This document shows, in pieces, positions 1-7,108 of a DNA stretch of 20,329 bases. Positions within the stretch are counted from its first letter, which is position 1; the number at the start of each line of letters is the position of its first letter. The notes beneath the pieces are model-generated. The model saw only the letters and a program-made list of their open reading frames with translations, did no database searches and was not told the DNA's origin. The stretch comes from a virus. Taxonomy: Duplodnaviria; Heunggongvirae; Uroviricota; Caudoviricetes. The position numbers and the translations under genes are program-made. The stretch is from the IMG/VR virus record IMGVR_UViG_2537561946_000003, positions 1 to 20,329 of that record; one strand, 5' to 3'.

Positions 1-498
1 TCCAGTGCGGCTGCTTTGTTCTATGGCTTTGATGATATCCCGTTTCAGGAAATCAACATGTCGGTTTTCCAGTTCCGGAAAACGCCGCTGCACCGACAGG
101 GGGATCCCGTCGAGAATACTGGCAATTTCACCTGCGATCCGCGACAGCACGAAAGTACAGAATGCGGTTTCCACCACTTCAGCGGAGTCTCTGGCATTCT
201 TCAGCTCCTGTGCGTCGGCCTGCGCACGCGTAAGTCGATGGCGTTCGTACTCAATAGTCCCTGGCTGGAGATCTGCCTCGCTGGCCTGCCGCAGTTCTTC
301 AACTTCCCGGCGCAGCTTTTCGTTCTCAATTTCAGCATCCCTTTCGGCATACCATTTTATGACGGCGGCAGAGTCATAAAGCACCTCATTACCCTTGCCA
401 CCGCCTCGCAGAACGGGCATTCCCTGTTCCTGCCAGTTCTGAATGGTACGGATACTCGCACCGAAAATGTCAGCCAGCTGCTTTTTGTTGACTTCCAT
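1..498 (-). CDS. nu1: Terminase small subunit Nu1, N-terminal 166 codons; 3' end lies beyond the window start
   Basis: Reverse-strand translation from ATG at 498..496 reads MEVNKKQLADIFGASIRTIQNWQEQGMPVLRGGGKGNEVLYDSAAV..., matching lambda Nu1 as I recall it. Start lies about 190 nt from cosN, as in lambda. Absent from the ORF track because it runs off the window edge. Confidence 0.85.
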   Translation of the reverse strand, partial: MEVNKKQLADIFGASIRTIQNWQEQGMPVLRGGGKGNEVLYDSAAVIKWYAERDAEIENEKLRREVEELRQASEADLQPGTIEYERHRLTRAQADAQELKNARDSAEVVETAFCTFVLSRIAGEIASILDGIPLSVQRRFPELENRHVDFLKRDIIKAIEQSSRTG

Positions 499-599
499 TG
501 TTCATTCCACGGACAAAAACAGAGAAAGGAAACGACAAAGGCCAAAAAGCCCGTTTTCAGCACCTGTCGTTTCCTTTCTTTTCAGGGGGTATTTTAAAT

Positions 600-720
600 A
601 AAAACACTAAGTTACGACGAAGAAGAACGGAAACGCCTTAAACCGGAAAATTTTCATAAATAGCGAAAACCCGCGAGGTCGCCGCCCCGTAGCCTGCCGG
701 ATCGCCGGAAAGGACCCGCA
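600..720. other. cos: cos site (cosB-cosN-cosQ); 12-nt cohesive-end sequence at 676..687
   Basis: Plus strand 676..687 is aggtcgccgccc, the reverse complement of the lambda cohesive end GGGCGGCGACCT. Flanking sequence (reverse complement CTCGCGGGTTTTCGCTATTTATGAAAATTTTCCGGTTTAAGGCG...) matches the lambda left end as recalled. Confidence 0.75.
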
Positions 721-987
721 AGCGTTCTGGTTTATTCGCAATGAATTCAATGTCTGACAGACCAGCGTCGTGCGACCACGGTCGCACGCTCCTGAATACA
801 TGCCCTGTTTCTTCCACCCTCGCACAAGACTGGCGAGCATGAGGGACAAACCCGCGAATCATTAGCGCGGTAAAAACCCGGTGTGCATCGTTTTGATTAT
901 TCCCGCACACTCGCGCAGAAGGAATTCCCCGTCGGGCTACGGTCATGGTTAATGCGGGAATACGGCGACGATACAGCGCATAATGTG

Positions 988-1536
988 TCAGGCTTGAATA
1001 CCTTTATCGAATCCCGGTAATAAAAACTGTCCCTGTCTCTCCAGACGTTCCAGCTTTGCAAGCAATTGAGGTTTTTTCGTTCTCCCCCAGCGATTGAGCA
1101 GACGGCCTGACATGCTGGCGACATCCTTCTCTTTCATGTACTCCAGCATTACGGCGTTACGTTCTGCTTCATAACTTTCGCTGTACTTACGGAGTTCTGC
1201 TGACATCCAGTTAAACGCATTGATATAGGCTTCTTTAACAGCATCGGCTTTTGCCCCGTTAAATCCCATAACCAGCATAACGAAGCCACTAAAGTCCATG
1301 CGGTAGTAAATCTGTTTCTTGTCAAAAATCCCTAAGTCATTGATTTTCTCGACGGCCCAAAAATGGGTTGTCGAGAATTCCTCAGAACATCTCAAACATT
1401 TAATAGCCCTAATCACATGCTGATGGCGTTTACCAAATGCCCTGGCAATCTGGAAGGTGTCAGTTACCGGTTGACCTTCTGCTGCGGTAACTAACTGGCG
1501 AAAGTCGAAGTCATGATTCGCAATTAATTCATTCAT
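988..1536 (-). CDS. Rha-family phage regulatory protein (pRha/ORF6N-like N-terminal domain)
   Basis: ORF-track frame 988..1605. Chosen ATG at 1536 gives MNELIANHDFDFRQLVTAAEGQPVTDTFQIARAFGKRHQHVIRAIK, which has the Rha-type G-x-P-V-T-x-S...A-x-x-F-G-K-R-H-x-x-V-x-R motif. Upstream codon 1605 is GTG, so the start is ambiguous. Confidence 0.55.
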   Translation of the reverse strand: MNELIANHDFDFRQLVTAAEGQPVTDTFQIARAFGKRHQHVIRAIKCLRCSEEFSTTHFWAVEKINDLGIFDKKQIYYRMDFSGFVMLVMGFNGAKADAVKEAYINAFNWMSAELRKYSESYEAERNAVMLEYMKEKDVASMSGRLLNRWGRTKKPQLLAKLERLERQGQFLLPGFDKGIQA

Positions 1537-1754
1537 GGCGTTGCCTGCTTCTTTGAAATGAACCTTTGCCGCACAGGAAACCAGCCCACCGAGGCTCGCC
1601 AGCACTAACTGGTATCCTCAAAGGCCCATTCCAAAGGGTCAGGTTCGGTGTTTATTGTGCGCTGCGGTGCGCGGTGAAATACCGGTACAAAAATGCCCCG
1701 CATCTGCGAGGCATTTTCCTGAAAGTCACTTGTTAAATTTCAGTGAAATTAAAA

Positions 1755-2192
1755 TTATTTTAAGCACTGCGTCCTGATGTATTCCTGCAGGTAGTTAACC
1801 TGCGCGGTTATCTTGTCGATTCCACCTCGGAGACGGTAATAATTGAGTTCAGCATCTGCTGTAAGCCCTGGGCTTTCTCCATCGCCCATGCTGCTGGCTC
1901 CGGTCGTTGACTTTGCACAGGTGGCGGAGACTTGCAGGCGCTTACGACCAGCAGAAACATCGGCACGGAGACTTTCGATAGTCGCGTTAGCATCAGCAAG
2001 TTCCTTTGTATATCTTGCGTCGAGTTCTGCTACATCACGTTGACGCTTCTGCATATCAGCGATGATGGATGTGGCTTTATCGCGCTGCTCTTTGTAGGCG
2101 ATGGCGTTATCACGGTAATGATTAACAGCCCATGACAGGCAGAGGATGATGCAAATAACCAGAGCGGAGATAATCGCGGTTACCCTGCTCAT
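1755..2192 (-). CDS. Rz: Rz i-spanin (inner-membrane spanin subunit)
   Basis: [39 protein letters not shown]... closely resembles lambda/phage 21 Rz. ATG at 2192 overlaps the endolysin stop (ATGA overlap). N-terminal TM segment then a coiled-coil-like periplasmic region. Confidence 0.85.
   Translation of the reverse strand: MSRVTAIISALVICIILCLSWAVNHYRDNAIAYKEQRDKATSIIADMQKRQRDVAELDARYTKELADANATIESLRADVSAGRKRLQVSATCAKSTTGASSMGDGESPGLTADAELNYYRLRGGIDKITAQVNYLQEYIRTQCLK
1808..1993 (-). CDS. Rz1: Rz1 o-spanin lipoprotein, embedded in the +1 frame of Rz
   Basis: Embedded ORF with ATG at 1993 (the ORF-track codon at 1999 is TTG). [20 protein letters not shown] has a signal peptide and lipobox (VSAC) followed by a Pro-rich segment. 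AAGGA Shine-Dalgarno about 9 nt upstream. Confidence 0.7.
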   Translation of the reverse strand: MLTRLSKVSVPMFLLVVSACKSPPPVQSQRPEPAAWAMEKAQGLQQMLNSIITVSEVESTR

Positions 2193-2686
2193 TGCTGCCC
2201 CCACAAACAGACTTCACGCTCAATATCACGACGGGTCATCAGCCCTTTCCATTGCTTACCGCCAGCGTATGTCCAGCAACGTAGCTGGTCACATGCGCCT
2301 TTGATATCACCCTGGTTTATTTTGCGAAGAAGCGTCGATGTTCTGAAATTACCAGCGCCCACGTTGTAAACGAGCGAGTAAAGAGCGCCGCGCGTTGTTT
2401 CCGGTATATCGACTTTGATGTACGGGTTAATTTGTCTGGCGACCATGGCAAGGTCTTTATTCAGGAGGGCTTTGCATTCTGCTTCGGTATACGTTTTACC
2501 GGGAATGATGTCTTTTCCGGTGTGTCCGTGACATACAGTCCATACGCCAACGATATCTTCGTATGGTATGTAGCTGACACCTTCCAGGCCATCGTCACCA
2601 CTCGGACCAGTGATGAGCACAGACGCTATGGCAACAGCCCCACCACCAATAGCAGCAGCAACAGCCTTGCGTAATGATGGCGACAT
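2189..2686 (-). CDS. R: SAR endolysin (phage 21 R-type, T4-lysozyme-like glycoside hydrolase with N-terminal signal-anchor-release domain)
   Basis: [57 protein letters not shown]... is near-identical to phage 21 R21 as recalled. Gly/Ala-rich weakly hydrophobic N-terminus followed by the E...D...T catalytic region. Start overlaps the holin stop (TAATG). Confidence 0.9.
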   Translation of the reverse strand: MSPSLRKAVAAAIGGGAVAIASVLITGPSGDDGLEGVSYIPYEDIVGVWTVCHGHTGKDIIPGKTYTEAECKALLNKDLAMVARQINPYIKVDIPETTRGALYSLVYNVGAGNFRTSTLLRKINQGDIKGACDQLRCWTYAGGKQWKGLMTRRDIEREVCLWGQQ

Positions 2687-2901
2687 TATTCACCTCTCGC
2701 AGCCTTACGCTTATCTTCTTTAATCTTGAAATAAAGGTTTGTCAGATACGTCAGCAAGCCAAACACCAGGCTACCCAATACGCCTATTGCCACCCACTGG
2801 GATGGGGAGACTTTGTCCAGCAACTGCAGTAGCCAGTATCCCGTCCCCACCGCTGACGTGGTGTATGACACACCTGTTGTGATTTTTTCCATCTGGTACA
2901 T
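2686..2901 (-). CDS. S: Class II holin / pinholin (S21-like), 71 aa with dual-start motif
   Basis: [71 protein letters not shown] resembles phage 21 S21. Two in-frame Met codons (M1, M4) are typical of holin/antiholin pairs. GGAG Shine-Dalgarno upstream of 2901. The ORF-track frame extends to 2946. Confidence 0.85.
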   Translation of the reverse strand: MYQMEKITTGVSYTTSAVGTGYWLLQLLDKVSPSQWVAIGVLGSLVFGLLTYLTNLYFKIKEDKRKAARGE

Positions 2902-3001
2902 ACCCCGTCTCCCGTTATCCGGAAGCTGACAACAATAAAAAGCCACCAGTTAATTCCTGATGGCCCTGATGCATAAACGTCATAATACCTGACTGTTATG
3001 A

Positions 3002-3030
3002 TTGACAATAATGATAATGTTTATATAGAA
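3002..3030 (+). promoter_or_regulatory. Candidate sigma70 promoter (TTGACA, about 16-17 bp spacer, TATAGA-like -10) reading rightward
   Basis: TTGACA at 3002..3007 followed by an AT-rich spacer and tataga/atagaa at 3024..3030. Sits about 50-90 nt upstream of a plus-strand intrinsic terminator. Pattern match only. Confidence 0.25.
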
Positions 3031-3080
3031 AGGTTCCCGATGTGTGTTACATATCATTTCTCCACGGGGAATATCCCCAC

Positions 3081-3130
3081 GCCAGCGCAGACTCTTTTAC
3101 CCGTTCTCTTCTGCGCTGGCTCTTTTTTAT
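3081..3130 (+). terminator. Rho-independent terminator on the plus strand
   Basis: Perfect 10-bp inverted repeat gccagcgcag (3081..3090) / ctgcgctggc (3111..3120), followed by tcttttttatt. T-run only on the plus strand. Confidence 0.4.
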
Positions 3131-3309
3131 TATGCTGCTGCATTTACCTCTGGCACCATGCTTTCTATCTCAACACAATACGTGGTACTTCTTGTAACCA
3201 ATATCATAACGATTAATCGACATAGAATTTCTCCCGTGTACAGGAACAGAGTTAAAAAGCCGGAACCGGAATCAAATCACAGGATGACCATCTGCCAGTG
3301 GCAGGTCAT

Positions 3310-3337
3310 AAAAAAAAGGCCGCGCCATGCGCAGCCA
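3310..3337 (-). terminator. Rho-independent terminator on the minus strand (candidate tR'-like or moron terminator)
   Basis: Minus-strand reading GGCtGCGC-atg-GCGCgGCC followed by a T-run of 8 (plus-strand 3310..3317 is an A-run). GC-rich 8-bp stem with one mismatch. Confidence 0.45.
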
Positions 3338-3522
3338 GAACTCACAAGGAAAATGATAGAAGGAAATAACATTAGTGATGTACGCATGGCGCCTCCCGCT
3401 AAGTTCTGCAATGATCAAACAGAACTCGCTACGTGCCCTTAAAACTCGATCATTTAGCCCCTCCAAGGAGGATTCACCATGCGGTTGTTTTTTTAATAAA
3501 CAGTAAACAAAAAAGTCAAGAA

Positions 3523-3633
3523 TTATTCATTCTGTTTTTTCATCATCGGCCACAGCAATACCACAATGCCGCAGACCAGAGCGCCATCAGTCAGTACCAA
3601 CATTATCCTGCTGGTGAAATCCATCATCACCAT
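3523..3633 (-). CDS. Hypothetical 36-aa hydrophobic peptide (small membrane protein candidate)
   Basis: ATG at 3633 to TAA at 3525..3523 translates to MVMMDFTSRIMLVLTDGALVCGIVVLLWPMMKKQNE: one predicted TM helix and a basic C-terminus. No strong Shine-Dalgarno. Below the ORF-track length cutoff. Speculative. Confidence 0.2.
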   Translation of the reverse strand: MVMMDFTSRIMLVLTDGALVCGIVVLLWPMMKKQNE

Positions 3634-3766
3634 CACTAAAAGCAGGATCACAACAGCAAGCAGACACAGTTTATAAAACAATGTTCAGAAAACGCATTCA
3701 GCATGCCTAAGGTTCTATTCCTACGAATAGCCAACTTGCAACTTAAAATATTATTTATGCAGCCAA

Positions 3767-4525
3767 TTAAATTCTGGTCCTTACAATATCAACCTGAAGA
3801 TTCTTATCTTGTGCTGATTGATAAATGACAAACCTTTTACTACCTGCATTGAAAGAAGTAGACAAAACCAGACAATTATCATAACGAGCAAGAACATAAT
3901 ACCAACCATCATTATAATTAATCATTTCATATTCTTTCTTAAACTGCGGTTTGTAATATCCTGTCAGAAATGAAAAAAGCCAGAAATATGCCACAAAAGC
4001 AATCATCACAATCTCAAAAAAATGTTTTTTTATAAATGGCTTATCATAGAAGCATGATACCGATAAAAATCGCCCATAAGATCTTATCGAAATTGTAACC
4101 GCCAGCGCAATCGCTGCTGACAGTAGCAAAAGAGGTACCTGAATCTTCTGTCTCAATATAGAAAACTCAATAATTGCCGGCACAAACAATAATTCCACAG
4201 CAAAATAAAGGCGAAATACATTTAGCTCTTGCATAGAATGTTTTCTTTTCACTGCGAAAAAGAATACAACACCAATACCCCAACCGATAAGAAATATAGC
4301 AATGACGATAACTGCAAAAAATAAACTTCTGGCAACATCATCAACACCTGCACCTACAATCCACCATGGGAAGCCGTAGTAAAAAGAAGTACCCCATCCA
4401 TAGAAATAAGCACTCCCCCATCCAAGGCATCCCATGTAGGCAATAAAAAGTGAAGAACTCCTGAGCAGTGCACCATCCTTCATAACCACCCCAATACAAG
4501 ATGATAACATTGGCTTACAACTCAT
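3767..4525 (-). CDS. Hypothetical polytopic inner-membrane protein (AT-rich moron between Q and the lysis genes)
   Basis: 252-codon ORF, probably starting at ATG 4483 (GGGGTGG Shine-Dalgarno; MKDGALLRSSS...). Several hydrophobic Phe/Tyr/Trp-rich segments (about five predicted TM helices) and a C-terminal soluble region of about 50 aa. Visibly AT-rich compared with flanking phage genes. No family recognised. Confidence 0.6.
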   Translation of the reverse strand: MSCKPMLSSCIGVVMKDGALLRSSSLFIAYMGCLGWGSAYFYGWGTSFYYGFPWWIVGAGVDDVARSLFFAVIVIAIFLIGWGIGVVFFFAVKRKHSMQELNVFRLYFAVELLFVPAIIEFSILRQKIQVPLLLLSAAIALAVTISIRSYGRFLSVSCFYDKPFIKKHFFEIVMIAFVAYFWLFSFLTGYYKPQFKKEYEMINYNDGWYYVLARYDNCLVLSTSFNAGSKRFVIYQSAQDKNLQVDIVRTRI

Positions 4526-4684
4526 AACAAAAGCAATTCAATGCCGTCAAGAGGTTACAGGCTAAAAAAACTCTATTACATTGCAGTCAGCATGTTTACT
4601 ACACAAATACAATTCAGAGCATAAAAACTACTCGGCGGCAGGTTATTGAGACTCATCAATGACATGTAAAAAACGCCCATTATT

Positions 4685-4725
4685 GGTGTCAAGTTTCCCC
4701 AAAGTTATTCAAAAAGTCAATATTA
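4685..4725 (-). promoter_or_regulatory. Late promoter pR' with Q-binding/qut region
   Basis: Minus strand reads TTGACT-ttttgaataactttggg-GAAACT-TGACACC, co-linear with the lambda pR' architecture as recalled (TTGACT-17 bp-TAAATT-TGACTC). Lies immediately downstream of Q. The -10 is a weak match. Confidence 0.4.
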
Positions 4726-4762
4726 TGCCGTTAATATGTTGCCATCCGTGGCAATCATGGCA

Positions 4763-5386
4763 CTAACGTGTGATCGCATTCAAAATGTTGTCTGCGATTG
4801 ACTCTTCCTTGTGGCATTGCACAACCAGAGCGTCATACAGCGGCTTAACAGTGCGTGACCAGGTGGGTTGGGTAAGGTTTGGGATTAGCATCGTCACAGC
4901 GCGATATGCGGCGCTTGCTGGCATTCTTGAATAACCGACGCCTTTACATCTTCCGCACTCTTTCTCAGCAACTATCCCCCACTGCTCTGTTTTGGCTATA
5001 TCAACCGCACGGCCTGTACCGTGGCAATCTCTGCATCTTGCGCCCGGCGTAGCGGCACTACGGCAATAATCCGCATAAGCGAATGTTGCGAGCACTTGCA
5101 GTACCTTTGCCTTAGTATTTCCTTCAAGCTTTGCCACGCCACGGTATTTCCCCGATACCTTGTGTGCAAATTGCATCAGATAGTTGATAGCCTTTTGTTT
5201 GTCGTTCTGGCTGAGTTCGTGCTTACCACAGAATACAGCCATTCCGAATCCGGCTTGTGATTGCGCCATCCCCATAGCAGCCATCACATCAGTACCGGAA
5301 AGAGAGTCAGAAGCCGTGGCCCGTGGTGAGTCGCTCATCATCGGGCTTTTTGGCGAATGAAATTTAGCTACGCTTTCGAGTCTCAT
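4763..5386 (-). CDS. Q: Late-gene antiterminator Q (lambda type)
   Basis: 207 aa, MRLESVAKFHSPKSPMMSDSPRATASDSLSGTDVMAAMGMAQSQAGFG... is essentially identical to lambda Q as recalled, including the Cys-rich zinc-binding region. ATGA overlap with ninH. Confidence 0.95.
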   Translation of the reverse strand: MRLESVAKFHSPKSPMMSDSPRATASDSLSGTDVMAAMGMAQSQAGFGMAVFCGKHELSQNDKQKAINYLMQFAHKVSGKYRGVAKLEGNTKAKVLQVLATFAYADYCRSAATPGARCRDCHGTGRAVDIAKTEQWGIVAEKECGRCKGVGYSRMPASAAYRAVTMLIPNLTQPTWSRTVKPLYDALVVQCHKEESIADNILNAITR

Positions 5387-5571
5387 CGTCTTCCCTTTTT
5401 GCCTGGCGTTACCATCAGGACGCCGTTAACTATTGCGTGACGCTCGCCTTTGCTGTCTCGGTTGTACTTGAGCACTGTTCCTCTTGCGCAGGAAAGCATC
5501 CTCGCCACTTCGGTCTGATTTCCTCGTGTCTGGATAAGAAGCTCTGGTATCGTTTGAATTGTGGCGTTCAT
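5383..5571 (-). CDS. ninH: NinH-like small DNA-binding protein (Fis-like HTH)
   Basis: 62 aa with GNQTEVARMLSCARGTVLKYNRD...HAIVNGVLMV, matching the lambda NinH core (GNQTEVARRLKCSRGTVRKY). Position immediately upstream of Q as in lambda. Confidence 0.75.
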   Translation of the reverse strand: MNATIQTIPELLIQTRGNQTEVARMLSCARGTVLKYNRDSKGERHAIVNGVLMVTPGKKGRR

Positions 5572-5930
5572 ACGTTCTCCAGTTCGGTGATTTTTATTCC
5601 AAGCCTTCCGCCAGGTACTTTCACGCCACGAATTACGCGAATGTCATCGAATTGCTCGTCGTCTTCCGCAAATCCGGCGTGGATAAGGGAGTCGAGTAAA
5701 CCTTTAAGAATGTTGTCGAGGTCGCGGCGGCGGGAGTCTGGAACGTCTGCGATGACTTTGATTCGTAGTCGTGATTTGGTGAAAATGTCTAACTTGAGTT
5801 GGCGGATGATTTGCTGAACGTCTTTTCGGTATTTCAGGCCTTTATCGCTGATGTAGTATTGGCTTCCCCGTCTTCGCCAGTAGGTGTTCACCGACGGCGG
5901 GTATGGAAGCACAAACTGATATTCGTTCAT
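5568..5930 (-). CDS. rusA: RusA Holliday-junction resolvase
   Basis: 120 aa, MNEYQFVLPYPPSVNTYWRRRG...DSRRRDLDNILKGLLDSLIHAGF..., with the RusA catalytic acidic motif (RRRDLDN) and the same length as E. coli RusA. Confidence 0.9.
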   Translation of the reverse strand: MNEYQFVLPYPPSVNTYWRRRGSQYYISDKGLKYRKDVQQIIRQLKLDIFTKSRLRIKVIADVPDSRRRDLDNILKGLLDSLIHAGFAEDDEQFDDIRVIRGVKVPGGRLGIKITELENV

Positions 5931-6217
5931 GACTTAATCTTCCCCTCCTTCAGCAGTATCGCCTGCGTCCTCATCACGCCTTCGAGGTGGTAAAGTCTGG
6001 CGTCTTTGTTGTCGAGAATCCGGGTGCGTCGGTCGATCTCCGCGTGGCAGTCACTACAAGCCCATGCGCCGATCAGGTCGTCAGGCTTCATTCCCGTTCC
6101 GCAAATTCCAGCCATCCGGTAATGTGCCAGAACTGTAGTTTCAGGATTGCCATTGCATATGCCGTAAATACGTACCTGGCATTCTCTGCCGCGTGCTTCT
6201 TTGCGTAGGTTAGCCAT
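5927..6217 (-). CDS. DUF1364-family putative nuclease (YbcO-like)
   Basis: 96 aa, MANLRKEARGRECQVRIYGICNGNPETTVLAHYR...CSDCHAEIDRR..., resembles DLP12 YbcO as recalled. The YbcO-RusA gene pair is as in DLP12 and phage 82. Confidence 0.75.
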   Translation of the reverse strand: MANLRKEARGRECQVRIYGICNGNPETTVLAHYRMAGICGTGMKPDDLIGAWACSDCHAEIDRRTRILDNKDARLYHLEGVMRTQAILLKEGKIKS

Positions 6218-6939
6218 TAAGCAGCCTCCCCTGTTACTTTCAGCATTCCGTTATCGAGCAGCTTTCTGGTCAGCCACTGTTGACCACGCCCGGTGATTTT
6301 TGTGGTGAACGATATCTGTATTCCGTGATTTGTGTTGACCGCTGTTTCTTTCACTGTGAAATAGCCGCGATCCATATATTCCTGCATTGGCACATTGCGC
6401 CGGGAACCTGAAGCAATAAGGATTTTGTGATCGCGCATCCACGCAAACAGTTTGTTTGGACCAATTCCAACAACCTTTGCAAAGTTTCCAATCAAAATTC
6501 CGCTGGCCTCGCCAACGCGATCGGCAAACTCAACTTTAGGTGCGGCAATTGCGAGCTGGTTTTCCAGTTGCATTTTCTGCTCAGCAAGGTCAGCAGCAAG
6601 GCGCAACGCTTCTGGTAGCGTTTTTGGGATATTAACCGCAGCTTCTTCAAGCTCTCGCCAACGGTCAACAAGGCGAGCCGTGAATTCCGGCGACAACTGG
6701 GCTACAACGACAATACTGTCTCGCTTTCCTTGTTCGCCTTCGAATACATACACACAAAAACTTTGATTTAAGCCTAACCCATTGATTCTTCCACAATCCT
6801 CAATTTGAGGAAGCCGGATAACACCATTTTTAGCCAGCGTTTCGATGGTACGTTTCACATTGTCATGACGCTTACCAACCAACTCAGCGATTTCAATGCT
6901 TGTCATTTTTATGGCATTGCCATTTATTAACTCATTCAT
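6217..6939 (-). CDS. Phage antirepressor: Rha-type N-terminal domain plus KilAC/ANT C-terminal domain
   Basis: 240 aa. N-terminus TSIEIAELVGKRHDNVKRTIETLAKNG carries the Rha motif; the C-terminal half is the typical KilAC-type antirepressor region. Start overlaps the ninF stop region. Confidence 0.75.
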   Translation of the reverse strand: MNELINGNAIKMTSIEIAELVGKRHDNVKRTIETLAKNGVIRLPQIEDCGRINGLGLNQSFCVYVFEGEQGKRDSIVVVAQLSPEFTARLVDRWRELEEAAVNIPKTLPEALRLAADLAEQKMQLENQLAIAAPKVEFADRVGEASGILIGNFAKVVGIGPNKLFAWMRDHKILIASGSRRNVPMQEYMDRGYFTVKETAVNTNHGIQISFTTKITGRGQQWLTRKLLDNGMLKVTGEAA

Positions 6940-7108
6940 CGTCTTCTTCCTCGTACATTGAGCTATTCGGATCGCTCATAAGTTCTGCGCAACAGTGCTC
7001 ACACACGTGAACTTCCAGCACATGCAGCTTCTGACCGCAGTTAGCGCACGTTAAAGCCCGCTCGACGCTTTCTTTCTGGTATTGAATGGATTGGGATGGG
7101 CTAAGCAT
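6932..7108 (-). CDS. ninF: NinF (small Cys-rich zinc-finger protein), 58 aa
   Basis: Translated by hand from the minus strand: [58 protein letters not shown], matching lambda NinF as recalled. Below the ORF-track length cutoff. ATG overlaps the upstream gene stop (TAATG). Confidence 0.65.
   Translation of the reverse strand: MLSPSQSIQYQKESVERALTCANCGQKLHVLEVHVCEHCCAELMSDPNSSMYEEEDDE

Noticed and set aside
5-597. Plus-strand ORFs 5..379 (124 aa) and 16..597 (193 aa)
   Set aside because: Both are antisense to the confidently identified nu1 coding sequence. They have Ser/Cys/Arg-rich low-complexity translations and no RBS, so they are shadow ORFs.
607-946. Minus-strand ORFs 638..946 (102 aa) and 607..849 (80 aa) spanning the cos site
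   Set aside because: They run across cosN/cosQ in a region that is non-coding in lambda. No RBS, and Arg/Gly/Ala-rich composition typical of GC-rich non-coding DNA read in frame.
2784-3442. ORFs 2784..3008 (-), 2998..3216 (+) and 3044..3442 (+) in the AT-rich region upstream of the holin
   Set aside because: They read straight through strong hairpin/T-run elements, overlap the holin in another frame or lack RBSs, and have low-complexity translations. The region is better explained as structured non-coding DNA.
2947-4762. Possible tRNA genes or a toxin cassette (such as stx) in the Q-to-S interval
   Set aside because: I looked for tRNA-like T-arm motifs (GTTCGAATC-type) and for long AB5-toxin-like ORFs, as seen in Stx phages at this position, and found neither. 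Only the membrane-protein moron and short structured elements are present.
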